Under the pieces are notes generated by a model. The model did not search any database. It was not told the DNA's origin and saw nothing but the letters and a program-made list of their open reading frames with translations. Positions 51,414-64,000 of a DNA stretch of 64,000 nt are shown here, piece after piece; within the stretch, counting starts at the first letter, position 1; each line of letters begins with the position of its first letter. The stretch is from Moniliella sp. 'wahieum' (Eukaryota), in NCBI GenBank assembly GCA_003971905.1, contig RSEE01000019.1:558001-622000 (forward strand). Reading direction: 5' to 3'. Both the position numbers and the translations under genes were made by a program.

Positions 51414-51624
51414 TGTCACAGGCCTAGCTAGCGATGCTGGCGATGGTCGATGGAGATGGCATTCAAGAGCTAAGGAGAGCTAGAGCTATGGGCCTTGATA
51501 GGCTCCTGGCCTGGAGGCCAGTGGAAACCCGTGGAAGGGTCGGAACTCACTGCCCCGGTGCACTGTGTGGATCGGGCCACGTGTCACTGAAGGCCGATGG
51601 GCTCTAGACCACTGGTGGTCAACA
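51414..51624 (-). repeat. Copia 5' LTR (211 bp)
   Basis: Direct repeat of 46372-46581, upstream of gag on the minus strand. Confidence 0.95.
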
Positions 51625-52550
51625 ACATTCGGCTCAGCATCCGCCCCAACGCATGATGCGCATCGGATTGTCCGCGGTGCTTTGACCAACCTTGCCTTTG
51701 ACGACGGCTGTGCTTTTTGACGGAGGTGGACTGAGGATCCTGATGACGTGTGGCATAATGAAACACGCGTGATGCACGATGAGTTGGTTCCATCGCGTTA
51801 GAATGTTTTCTTGGCGCAGTGAGGCGCTGCGCGGCCGGAGGCTGAGCGGCCTCCGCGAAGCTGAAGCTAGCCTGAGGCTTCCCTGAAGCCTGAAAACTGG
51901 AACTGTGGAAGACGACGGAATTGGGAAGCTGGAAGCGGCAAGCTTTACTTTGCTGCGCATGGGGTAATTAAACTCGCAGTGTCGTCGTGCGCCGGCCGGC
52001 CGGCCACGGCTCGGGATGAGGTCATTGCGGGGGGAAAACAGGTGCGGTGCGGCCAGCCACCGCCGCCACACCACGCGCAGGCCCAGTGTCACCGCGCCAT
52101 TGTCCCATCCCGCACGGGGGCAGTCTGCGCCGCTGGACGGCTCCGGTCGTCTGTCATCATGTCATATAACTTGCATTGCACTTGCCCAACCACCGCCGTC
52201 GCCTCGCACGGCCCCCTGCTCGCCATCGGCATGGCGCAGGCAAAGATGACCAGCGAACGTGCCAAGCTCACTCTCACCCATTGCCCTCCCTCCCAGCACG
52301 CCCCGCCAGGGCCCATCGCGACACTGCCCAGGTCGTACTCTCTCGGCTGATGCGTGCGCTGATGCATATCTCGATCTCCGCCGCACCCACCTGCCCCCTA
52401 CGCGCCCACAGGCCCCCCCTAGCTAGCCAGCCCACTGCCCAAAGCGCAGATGAGAACCCCCTCAGCGGGGTGGGAAGAACAGCAGGGCTGAGCAACGCGC
52501 ACACAGCCCCCCTCCCTCCTTCTTCCTCGCCTCTCCTTGCCACGACGAGC

Positions 52551-52560
52551 ATATATAAAA
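52551..52560 (+). promoter_or_regulatory. TATA box
   Basis: ATATATAAAA about 110 bp upstream of the ATG at 52667, in otherwise GC-rich DNA. Confidence 0.6.
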
Positions 52561-52666
52561 CGGTGGCACTCTCTCCGTCACAGAATGATACTTTCCACCC
52601 CCCCAGCCTCAGCCCTGTTCCGTCGCCACTTTTCTACCACCGCCCTTCCACCCGACCTCTGCCACC

Positions 52667-53563
52667 ATGTTCTCCAAGACCTTTCTAAGCGCGCTTGTTG
52701 CGTCCGCCTTGGTCGCTGGCCAGGTGGCCGCGTTGCCACAAGCTGGGTCCGGCTCGGACTCGTCGTTCTCGAGCGCCACGAGCACCGCCTCGGTTTCGTC
52801 CGCGTCGTCTCCTTCCGCGTCCAGCTCGAGTGCCTACGGTTCGTCGTCCAGTGGTCGGTCTTCCAGCGCATCCTTCAGCGGTTCGGCCAGCGCGACGTCC
52901 TCGGGTCTCGGCCCGCTGCCCACGGGCCGGCCCGGGAACTCTTCCACCGGCACCGCGATTAACGTTACTGCCCTCACCACCACGGAGACCAACCAGACTG
53001 GCTTTGAGTGCTGGTCGATTTCGGAAGATGTCAATGTGACTTCGAGCGCGGCCGGGGTGGCGGTTCTGTATGGGTTTGAACCGACGGGCAATGTGACCTT
53101 CTCTCTCTTCTCGCCGGGCTACGATGCAGGTCACGTCAATGCGTCTACGTCTTAGTATGTTTCTCCCTTGCTTGAATTGCCTTCGGCTGTGTTCATCGCG
53201 GAAGGGCCGTGCTAACCTACGTTGCTTGTGCATTTCTTTTCATTTCTCAGCTGGGCGTACATCACCTCGGTCTGGCTCAGTTCTCTCTCGACGCTTCCAA
53301 CGCCACCTCGTCCAACGGCACCAACGCCACCCTGCCTGTGGCCAATGCCACTTTGTCCGAAGCCGAGGTTGCCTTTGTCTCCCCGGCGCGTTTGGTCTCG
53401 TGCTGATCGACGCCAACGCAACCGCACCCGTCTCGTTCAACCTCTCCTTCCCGGGCCCGAGCCAAACCACGTTCCTGTCCACGGGCGTTACCGGTACCCC
53501 CAACCACACCGTCCTCCCACGGGGCAGTGCAATGCGACGAGCCAGCTGGCGGCGCTGGCGTGA
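52667..53563 (+). CDS. Secreted Ser/Thr-rich protein with a conserved fungal small-secreted-protein (possibly cupin-like) domain; one intron
   Basis: Signal peptide MFSKTFLSALVASALVAGQVAA, Ser-rich linker, INVTAL...FECW, GYDAGHVNA, GLAQFSL, P.HTVL..GQC and many N-x-T/S sequons. Confidence 0.75.
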
Positions 53564-54736
53564 GCTGGCACGTGAAGCACGCCCATCAGCGGGAGCTGAG
53601 CATACGATGGATAGCATCCGTCCACGGTGTGGTGGTGGAGCGAGTGCGATTCTGCGGGCAGCATTTTTTCCTTAAATTCCCTGGATCCTTCTCATAACCC
53701 ACATGATCGGCCATCCCGATTGTGTGGTGCGATTAGCTGTTTGCGTGAGCTCGGCCGCGTTGCCGTCGTAGGGAATGCGGGGAACGCGAACGAGCGTCCA
53801 TACTATGGCTTCAACCTCTTTCTTCCCATGCATCTTTTATCCCAACGTGAGTACTATTGTTGAGAAAACAAATCAATTCTTCTTCTTTTCAAACCTCCTC
53901 TATAGCTATCCCGGATGAGATGGCCATCCTTCCTTCGGGGCGTGGTTGCCGGGCCCGTAAAAGCCGTCGTAAGCGAGGAGATCGCAGACTGCTACAACGG
54001 TTATTGTACATGCTCATGGATGAGAGATGTCAACTGCTTTTTGCATGGAAGGAGTGGCCACTACAAGGGCCTTAATGTGGGCTAACTTTTTGGTTTCGGG
54101 ATGAGAGCACAGTGAGGTGGGCGGGCGGGGGGGGACTAGGAGAGGGAAATGAAGGACTGGGAAAACCGTGCATGCAGCAGGAGGTACAACAAAGTGAAGG
54201 TGCGAGACAAGGGCCAGAGAAGACAGTTGAAACTATGCAAAGAGCGAGTAGAAGAGCCGACCGAACCACTCAGCCTCGTTGGCTCGGCCGCAGAGAGAAG
54301 GAAGGAAGACGAAATGCGCGGGAGAACACCGTTACCTGAACCTAGCCCCATTGGGGGACCCCCAACAGCAAGGGAAGAGAGAGGAAAAGAAGTGTTTTTG
54401 TCTCTGGCGTCATATATCATAGGAGTGGGGGGGGGGGGGGGGACTTTTGAGGCCAGACGAATGCAACCTTTGGAAACTGAGAGAGGATGGGAAAGAAGAT
54501 GACCAAGATGACGGACTATTGTGATTGGGCACACCGGCCACAGCGCCTAACTAACCACATCCACATTTAGGGGCTGGACGAAGTAGGACGCCAGAGGGGC
54601 AGAGTTGCACGAGGCAGCCTTAGAGCAAGGGGGACCCTGGCTGAGGACCCCGGCAGCTCATTGGAGTAGTGGGAAAAGGTAGGGGAAAGAACAGTCACCG
54701 GTGCTCCCAGAGGGGCGGGCCAAGCCGGAGGTTAGC

Positions 54737-57700
54737 TCAGGCGGGTAAAGAAGGAGCGCCAGGAATCCCAGTTGCCACCAAACGGCATCTGGGACCAAAA
54801 TGGCTGCCACACTGTCCTCTTGTCGCCTTGGCCATCATGTCCAGCTCAGCATGTGGCTGGGCAAGAGGAGGCGGAGTTGGACGAGCGGGTTGGCCAGGGG
54901 AGGGGGCTGGTTCCCCTCCGAGGCGCTGGTCTCCCTTCCTGGGTCGCACAGGGACGACACAGCCGACGCGCGGACAGGGGTTGGAGGGTTGGGCGCCGTA
55001 GAGGGCGGTGCAGGGGCTGTGGGAGCAGGATGAGGGACCGAAAGCGTTTCTGCCATATCCACCTCCGCCGCCACGTCGGACAAGGAGTGGAGGATGCGAA
55101 CCAGTTTGCCTGCCAAAGGATGAGACAGTTCCATCTCCTGTAGCGAAGCCAAGCAACGTGCCATCAGGGCCCGGCAACGAGCTGCCGTATCGGAGGCCTG
55201 TTTCATCTGAACAGGGTCAACTGTTGGCATGGTCGCCGACGTAGTGCCGCTTGCTCCCGACACTGCATCTGCTTGGCTCGGTCGGAACGAGGAGGCACCC
55301 GAGCTCAGGTGGGGCTCAAGGAGCAGACGATGGTACCGGCCTCAAACAGCATGTAGACCCAGACGCTGGCTAGCTTGCGCGGCGGGTACAGGGCCTTGTA
55401 CGCATCTGCAATGTCCAGAATTTCCGCCGCCGCTTGGATGCTCACCTGCGCCGCATGGGAGAGGGGGAGGAAAAATGTTGGCCGACAGGTGGGGTTGGCA
55501 ACCGTCTTTGGATCGACAGCATTGTGGCTCGGCGAGGATGATGGGGCAGCAGGACGGGGAGGTGCAGTTGGCCGGATGGTCTGCCGATGCTGCTCTACCA
55601 GGAGACTGGTAATGCTCACCTTCAGTCCCGGTCGGGTTGGCGTAGTTGGCACAGCGGGTGAGACTCGGGATGCCACCTCATCGGACCTGCCCATCGTACC
55701 GTGAGGGGCGGGCTGGGTATGGTTTGGGCCGGGGGACGAGCCATTGCTCGTGGGTCCTTTGTGGACCGCAGCGCGTCTTGACCAGGCCGTTCAGCCGCGA
55801 CGGGGGGCGCGAATCCATATTTGCGCAGCGTTTCAAGGTCAAAGTGGAGTAGGTGGGGCTGGACAATGAAAAGGCGGTGGAGGAGGAGGATGTTGAGGTG
55901 GGTCCAAGCGCGCACGCTAAGGAAACTGGGGGGTGCACCGGCATGTCGGGGAGGCATGACGAACAGCTCGGGAGGCCGTAGGGGATTGGCATCGGGCGCC
56001 GGCGGCTGGGCATAGGTCAATGGCATCCGTTCTGTGCGGATCGATGGGGGCATGTTCTCAGACAGTTGGGTGAGCATACGCATGATGCGCAGATAGCTTT
56101 CCCTCAGCCGCTGTTGTAGATCAGCTCGCCCGGCGCCGTCGCCTCCCTCGCCTGCATCCCACAAGGCCAAAGAATCGGATAGCCAGCGGGAACCCGCCTC
56201 CCCATCCTGGTCTGTGTCCATCGGACTCTGCTCAGCTGATCCCCTGAATATGCCAAGGGATGTAGTGTCTCTGGGCGGGGTCCACACAGACCCAGGTGAG
56301 GTGGGCTGCAGGGTTGGTATGTAGAGAAGATCGAGGATGTGCTCGGTGATGACACAAAGTTGCGAGACGACAGAGAAGGACACATCGATCCGAGCAGGCA
56401 CGCCCTTGAGTTCAGGGATCACCGTGGGCAGAACAAACATGACACTACTTTTTGTGAGCCACGGTTGGGTGACGTCCAAGCCAGTGGGGGCAGGGAGGTC
56501 GACATCCACCTGAGCGCGGCGGATCATACAAGGGCGCTCCGTGAAGACCGAGATGAACTTGTCACTGGGGACAAAAAGAAACGCAGGTCAATACGGCTCT
56601 GGTGGCCAAGGTAGGTAGACTGGTAGGAAGGCCGGCCGCAGCCAGTCATACAGTACAAACGAGCACCAAAAGACCCGACGCCGGACCAGGATGATTTCCT
56701 CCAGCGTATAGGCGCCTGCAGCAGCGTACATGGCCCGTTCTTCTTGCGCGTAAGCTTGTTCCTCCAAGGTAATAGCGTCGGTCACCATGCTTGGTACCAA
56801 GCGATTGGGTCGGTCCAAGGTTGATGCGATCCTCGGTCGGTGAGGCGCACCATCCGTTCCATTTCCATTTCGCCTTGCTTTCGATGAAGATTCATATCGA
56901 GCACAAGGCGACACACGAGGCCAGTGGACTGCCACCCTTGGTGGATGCGCCCTGCCGAGTAGTCCGTCATGGCCAGTAAGAAGAGGGCTTGGGCAACCCA
57001 GATGGCACGGATGTGGGCATAGGACATGAGTGCGATTCGGCACTTGTCCACTAACCGGTCCAAATCTTCCTCCGTCACAATGTCTCCCGGTTGCACAGGT
57101 ATGCCTGCCACAGGGTCGACTCCTTTGGGCGAGCTGTTTTGTGTGAGGGTATTGGCGGCCGCACAACATAACAACTGAAAGAGCAACGGAATGGACTCCT
57201 TGAGTGAAGCGATGTAGGAAGAGAGGGTTTGATGGCGGGCAGACGCAGGGGCAGGAACTGCCCGGGCGGATGCAGGATCGGGTTCGACACCCAGGCTAGG
57301 AGCAAAGAGAACGTTGGGAGCCAGCAGAGGCCAGTGGTCGTGGATAAAGGCGATATAGATCTCAATCAGACGCGATTCGAGTGGGGTGATGACTTTGGGG
57401 TCTTGCCTAGGGCCCTCTTCCACCACCGCCAAGGGGGGAGGATTGAGGCCAAAACGACCAAAGGAATTGGGTGATGGCTCAGGCGCAGCCGGGGTAGGTC
57501 GGCCGGGTTGGCTGGTGGGGGGAGGCGGCAGGGAAGATCCGCGCATTTCTGCTACGGGCGGTAACCTAGGATGTGGCCGAGGTACCGGGGGAGAAGGGGC
57601 ATCCTTAGGGGCGGGAGCAGGCACTGGGGGAGAAGGGGTTTCGATAGGAGCGGAAGCAGGCACCGGGGCGGAAGCAGGCGCCGGGGCGGCAGCGGTACAG

Positions 57701-58229
57701 CGGCGCTTGCGTGCGTGGCCACGGGTGGGCGCGCTGGCCTTGTCTGCGAAAGACGGATCAGGTCCACTGGAGCGTTTACTGGCCTGGGCATCCTCACGCA
57801 TTTTTCGCTGGGCCGCCCAATAGCCCTTGGGGGGGCCGCGCTTTTTGGGATGGGGGTTAAACTGGCACCGGTCGCCACATCCAATGCTGCTGCAGCCGGA
57901 GCAGGGCTTGTTGCCGTCGCATTTTATCTTCTTGTAGGCGCAGCGCGTGCATGCGTTCAGGACGCGCCGCTTCTTCTTAGTGTCGGTGTCGGTGTTGGTG
58001 TTGGTGTTGGTGTTTGGACCAGTGCCAGTGCCAGTGCCAGATGCAGAGGCAGCCGGGACGAGAACAGACCGATCAGCATCCACACCGTGCTGCTGCCGGC
58101 GTGGCTCGGACGAGAGCAAAGATGGCGGGCATGGGCGGGGGCATGGGCGGGGGGACAAGGGTGGGGGACAAGGGGTGGGCGCAGACGACGCACTGGCCGG
58201 GGGGGGTGAGGAGGGGAGTGGTGAGGCAT
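54737..58229 (-). CDS. Zn(II)2Cys6 fungal transcription factor with middle homology region
   Basis: ACTRCAYKKIKCDGNKPCSGCSSIGCGDRC, KKRGPPKG, LIEIYIAFIHDHWPLL, VAQALFLLA, LVLDMNLHR and RRRVFWCSFV. Ends approximate. Confidence 0.9.
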
Positions 58230-59782
58230 AGGGCAGGTGGTGGTGACTTGGGTTTATGGGTTAAGGTTGCGATGGACAGCGGACAGAGATGCTTTCATCT
58301 TTCAACTTTCGGTCTTTCTTCGGTCTGAGCGGCCTCCTGGCCGATGCACCGCAGCAGCTGGTAGCAGCAGCAGCACCGATCGCCCGCCATCTGGGTCACC
58401 CATCGGGCTTTACGAAGTTTCAGCTCCACGCTGCACGATTAGATAGGCTTTGAAATTTGACATGTCACTAGTGCCACTTGAATATGATCACCAGCTGCCC
58501 TGCCGTGCGCAGGCGCAGCAGGGGCCCTGCATGGCGCCCCAATCGCCCGTCTGTGGGCGTGTCCCAGCTCCAGCGCCAGTCACGCGTGTCACATAGTGTC
58601 ACATCCTGTCACATACAGGCCGCAGCTCCCCCCAGCCGCCACTCCATTCATTAATCGAACCATTAATCATGCACGGTGTCTGATGACATGGATGACACAC
58701 GAGGAAGTGCTATCGGATGACTACCCATCTTCATCACAGAGCATGGCTGCACAACTAATTTTGAAGCTTTTGAAGCTAGTTTTCCCGAGCGCCTTTTTGG
58801 AAGCTTGAGCTTGAGCACTGGAGGGGCAAAGGAACGCTGCGTCTACACCAGAAGTATATCGTACTGGACCCCGCGCGGGTTGGGACGCCCCTGGGGCTGC
58901 CGCCCGCCCCTACTCTTCGTCTCTATTTCGGAAACCATATGTAGCTGTGGTCGATCTAGACCCTATTGCACCTGCTTCGCCCTCAGGCTGAAGACTGGGA
59001 GCCTCAGTACTGAGCTGAACACGCACAATGTCAGACTTTGCCCGAGGGAAAACCCACGCCGACGTTGTCGGCGCTCACCGTGACTTCCCCCCACACATTG
59101 GGTATTGTATAGTGCACCCGCGCGCCAATGAGGCCTAGTAGGGAATGCTGACCCGCCCCGGGCCCCTATCCCATTTTCGTCGCTGTGGTCTCTGGTCCTA
59201 AAATGAGATAGTCGGGCTCTCTCGTCCGCATCGGTGCGACCGCCAGTGCTTCTATTTTTGATTTGGAGGAAAGAGACATATGTGGAGGGGGAGTTGCTGC
59301 TCATCACGTCCAAGCAGATCTGCCTTTCGTCCACAGGTTGGCGTTCCCATCGCCCTCGCGGGCACCTTCCTCACCTACCGACGGACATTCTCAGCAACAA
59401 GTCGCCATACTGATGGGACAGGTCCTAAGCAGCACTTATTGGACTCTCTTCTCTCGTCAAGGATCGCAATGAGATCCGTATAGGTAATACTGGGCATTGA
59501 ACTTCTCGACGGAAATGGATGCCCCGTCGAGAGGATACAGACGACCAAGAGCTGGTTTCACCGTGGATTGAAGCTGGACTAAGACGACAGCTGGTAAGCT
59601 AGGAAATGCCTGGGTCTCAAACATAGATTGACGCAAGGATGATGGTACAACGAAAAGGACAAAAGTGGGAGGCAACTTAATGCTCCAAAGCGCGACTGGG
59701 CTCAAAGGAACATGGCGGGCATCATGCATCATGAGAACGATAGTAAGCTCGTACATCATCATTGATTATATCAATGGTCGAA

Positions 59783-62293
59783 TCAAATATAGGAAGGCAT
59801 TCCCTCTTTTAAAGAGCTTAGAAAGGCGGGCAACAGAGTGCGGGTATATAGCAGGGCAGGTGGGGGAGCAATCGTGTGGATCGGTGTGTAGTGCACCTGC
59901 ACGCGATCAGGCCCTTCAGCGAGAAGATGCTGCCCACACGGATCAAACGAATCGAACCAGTGGCGAGGATCCGTCTTCGACTCGGTACCCCGGGCAGGCG
60001 AAACGCAAAGCCCCGAAAACGGCGTCATTGGTGCCACATCCGCATCGTTTTGGCTTTGAGTCATCAAACGAGTCACCATCCCATCCACGTTGCGTACCAG
60101 CGCATCCATCCAGTGGGGACAAGCCTCCCTTCCTAGCCCTGCAGGTGGATGAGTATCCGGGTGGGCAAGGATGAACCCCCTACGGACAATCAGCTCGGAT
60201 CGAACATGGTCCCAAACACTCCAGTTGACCAGCGCGTCCAACTCTTGCATCACCCCGGCTCGCATCGTTGGCTCCAGTGTGTTGAGAAGTCCGTCACAGT
60301 TGACCTCAATTTTAGTTTTGCCCTTCTCCGAGCTCACATGAGGCGAAGAACCCGAAGACGGAGAGTGCAGACCGTCCGTTTCAGAGGTAGCCATGAAGGC
60401 ACATCCGCGCTCACACCAAGCCAAAATGGGATCGGCCACCTCGGGGATGCAGCTGAGCTCATGGAGTAATGTCCACAAATTTTGCTCATGACGAGCAATC
60501 AACGCCGACCAAATCTCGCGGGTCGAATCCCCTCGCTCCCGTGTGGCGATCAAATCCTCGAGAAACATTTGAACGTCCCCCAGCCGGTCCGCAAGATGGG
60601 CTCGTTTCGCTGCCAAGGCACAGACGGGAAGTAATGCGTTGAGCAAGTCTTTGATCAGCCCGGGTACAAGCCCTGACTTCATGGCGTCATTGGCGTTCTG
60701 CAAGTCACGAGCGTAGAATACCTCCCGAAGTAACAACTTGAGCCGAGCAAAGGCCAGTGCATCCTGCTCCCTCCTCCTTGGTCAAGGGACGAAGCGGCTC
60801 GCCGCCTACAGTTCCTGCTCTTTGAAAATCCTTGGCAGCCGCCGCTTTGACCTGATCGCTCGCAACGGGGTTAGCGGCATTCAGGTGACCAACATATTGG
60901 GATCGGGCAAAGGACGCTTGCATCCGCCATACATGGGCCTCCTCGTCCGCCTGCTCTGCTCCATTTCGTAGCCCACGGAGCAGAATGACTGTCAAAATGT
61001 CGATCCCTTCGCTGCGGGCCTTCGCCACGACAGCCTCTCGCTCAGCGGGTGAGACAGTGTGAACATATGCCTTGACAAGCTTCGCGTAGGACTCGTATTT
61101 TTCAGGGATGCTGTTGGCGACGGGTGCGACTCGGGTGGTTTCGAACAGCTTGTGCTCCCGAGCAAAGTTGTTGCGCACAATGCGCTGGATCACACTCTGT
61201 GTCCCGGCAGGCCGAGCTAACAGGAGCGAGATCAATCCCTGCACGATCCCCACAGCCGAGGGGGAGCGCAGTACCTGGCGAACCGCCCAAAACGGAAAGC
61301 TCGCTACTCCATTTTTGAGGGAGCGGAACATGAGATCACTCTCGGGTTCGAACATGAGCAACTGAAGCAACAGGTTGGCAAGGCCTTCGCGCACGACACG
61401 AATCACGTTCTGTTTGCTGGGGGGCAAATCACGGATCAGGGGCGTGGCAAGCGAGGCCCAAGCATGTCGCATCCCCCGGGCTCCTCGATGCATTCTACCC
61501 AAAACGCTCGCCAGTCCCATGCTTGCTGTCGTGCATGCTGACCTGCGCGGTGCCAGATCTGTCCTTGGGGCCCCGATTCCAAAGGGAAGAGGTGGTCGAT
61601 CCGGGCTCGAAGAGAAGGGGGGATTTGAGCGGGGCGGGCCAAGCCACGTTTGATGCGAGCTCTCCAAGGTGTGCTGGACTCAAACTGGCCCTCCCCCTCT
61701 TGCTCACCTCCCACCTCGTCCGCAATACCAACACCACGGGAAAAGAAATGGGATCCAAGATCAGCTGCCATGAGGAGGCGGTAGCGAAGCAGAGTCATCA
61801 TTCCTCGCTCCAGTGGCGATGACATTTGGCGGATGGCCAGGTCGTCAGCAAGGGCCTGGATGCGCATCCGCCAGAATCGGTCGGGGAGCGAATCGAGAAA
61901 GGGGAAACCTTGAGGGACGCGTGGAAGATAAATCGAAAGATGATGGGCTCGGGACCAGGATGACGCTGGCCGTCCATGAGAGTGCGTGTGGGCGTTGGGT
62001 TCTTGCTCCTCCTGATGTCCCCATTCGGCGCAGGGGTGCAGACGGGGGCGGGGGCAAAGGGCGGTCCGTAGAGGGCGAGCTGGCCAGGACGCATGAGGTC
62101 GTCCAGCTCGCGGCCAAGTTGAAGCGAGACGAGGGAGCTGACGAGGTAGTGGCGCTGCTCGGGGGACAGCGCGGGGGAGGCGGCGGGCGGAGGGGGCACG
62201 AGTGAAGGGCGTTGGACAGGGGGGCATCATCGGCGATGGTGCAGTGTCCGCTGCGGCGCTGGCGGCGGGGAGGGCATACGCGACGGCACCCAT
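59783..62293 (-). CDS. PX-associated (PXB)/DUF3818-type protein
   Basis: LSPEQRHYLVSSLVSLQL..E...LALYGPPF, FRFIF...FPFL....FW..RIQ, FPFWAVRQVLR and LLLARPAGTQSVIQRI. Confidence 0.75.
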
Positions 62294-64000
62294 CGTGCGC
62301 AGGACGGCACGAGGACGAGGACGAAGACGAGGACGAAGACGAGGACGAGCTGCGCAAAACGAGGGCGGCGGGGGTTGAGCTTCGCAGGACGAGTCGATCC
62401 TCCATTCTGCATTCACGCGCAAGCATCCCCGCCCGCAATCTCCGACGGGCCCTTGCGTCGCCGAGGCCAGCAGCCGGGCATTGCAATTTGAAACCACCCA
62501 TGCCATCTCATCGATCATCCATCATCGGTCATGATCTGGCGCCTAGCTTGCTTTTCCGAGTTGACCAAAATGCGACGAGCAAGTTTCAAAGCACATTTTC
62601 CCATCGAGTGCGAAGTGCGCGGGCCAACTTTTGTCGAGCAAAAAGACCCATGTAACGGGCGAGGGTGGGGGTAGCCGAGCCCGGCCGAGCTCGGCCGAGC
62701 TTGTTCGGACGTTGAACGAACCCATGTAATCCGTTATGTCCAAACGTAGCATGTTCCCATCTCTATCTCGATCTATGCAGCTATGGGATCAAGTCCCGTT
62801 TTCGTGCGGCTGAGGGGATCTGTACGCGAGCTTCTGCGTCCCTGCATGATTTTAGCATACTTCAACTATTTTGGTCTTTAGTTTTGTACGCACGTCAGCT
62901 CTGAGTCGAGCCACCGGATCTGGACGTCGAGCGTCTCGTTTTCGTTTGAGATTCTCCCCTCATGCCTTTACCCGATTTATAGCCGAGGGCGGAGAACCTC
63001 TGCCCTTTATTAGCTTGAGCACTTTTCTCGTTTTGACTGTTCCCGATTCTGGCTGAGTGTGGGAACCTTTTCTTACTTAGTTTGTGCTTCTTTCTGGGAG
63101 ACAGTAATCTCGACTCCTTTCCCTTTCTTTCTTCGTTGTGTTGTCTATCCTTTCTAGATCCTGCATGTATAGCCTTGATCCGTCAGTTCCTTTGCTCTCC
63201 TAGCGGCGAATTTCGTCTTTGTCTCTTCTCGTCCACACATTCCGTCTGTTTCTCTCGTCTTTAGTCCTTGTACACCATCCTTTTCCAATGCATCGTTGAC
63301 CTGCCAGACAACTCCGCGGTGCGTTACTCTTAGTACTTGCGAACCAGTTGTCCCTCCGACCTGCTTCCAGCAACCCCCTCTTGGTCTCTTCCCGTATTTT
63401 TTTCGACCGGGCATCCATTGCCGTCGATGTCCAGCTTTCTGCCTTCTCTGTACGGATCCCGCGGCGATCCTATAAGAGGTGAGTTGTTCTGCCTCAGACG
63501 GAACCTGTCCTAACCTGTCTTTGTTTTGCCTACGGCAACTGAAGGGTTGGCTTGTTTCGGCGCATACTCACCCTTTTTTGCCACCCGAGCCGATACCCCA
63601 ATTGATAGGCCTCACCTCGTCGTCGCTATAGTTCCCTTCGGATCTGCCAGTAGTGTTCGGGTTCGATCAATCGTGAATGGCCTGTCCTTCTCCACTCCAA
63701 AGGAAATCGCCCTTAAACCATGGGACGGGTTCTAGTCCGGGGCCCGCGGTGTGACGAGCCATCCTGCAACGTTCCATCTTTTTATACCAGTGACGATGAT
63801 GTTGGGCAACTGCTGGTGGGCACCCAGTTCCGTTTTTCTCGTGTTGCCTCTGTCGGTGCGCAAACACGAGGAGAACAGGGCACAGTCCTGGCAGCAATTG
63901 GAGGGCTCAACTTCGGTGTTGAAGATGAAGCCCCGCGGGGGTCGCTTAGCATCCTGGTTGTTCTTACATCAATCAACTACTGTGGTCGATGGACTGACCC

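Larger units (their letters stand above)
46372..51624 (-). mobile_element. Full-length Ty1/Copia LTR retrotransposon
   Basis: LTRs at 46372-46581 and 51414-51624 (TG...CA); 5-bp TSD ACATT at 46367-46371 and 51625-51629. Order gag (50035-51267), protease (DSGA), integrase (HHCC; HADVVD/TDNAPE/NGVAER), RT (DVHSAYLNA, HTDD), RNase H (YCDN...NPADILTKP). G-tract PPT before the 3' LTR. Confidence 0.97.

Noticed and set aside
62732..64000. Start of another + strand gene (GTGAGT donor at about 63479, pyrimidine tracts)
   Set aside because: Intron-like signals are present but no identifiable coding sequence within the window.

Overview
Eukaryotic fungal DNA, most likely a basidiomycete and possibly a smut-lineage fungus (inferred from protein style and short GT-AG introns). 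The assembly carries many 1-2 bp indel errors, so real genes appear split in the ORF track. Recognisable genes: ROT1, FEN1/RAD27, a Medusa/MedA-like regulator, a TRAPPC13/Trs65-like protein, ATG8, NPL4, an MMTAG2-like protein, Rab11/YPT3, beta-tubulin, MRPS8, TFIIS, SSN6/CYC8, a secreted Ser/Thr-rich protein, a Zn2Cys6 transcription factor and a PXB/DUF3818 protein. Mobile DNA: a full-length recent Ty1/Copia element (near-identical LTRs, ACATT target-site duplication), a CryptonF tyrosine-recombinase element, a Gypsy chromovirus remnant, a probable solo LTR and probable Helitron remnants. The main unexplained signal is a set of intergenic arrays of 7-bp quasi-palindromic units NN-TNA-N'N' with many different flanking dinucleotides, in both orientations. 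These may be repeated insertion/hairpin-excision footprints of an unidentified element. A second notable signal is the Copia primer-binding site, which matches a non-Met tRNA anticodon arm in half-tRNA priming geometry. All family assignments come from recalled motifs, not database searches.
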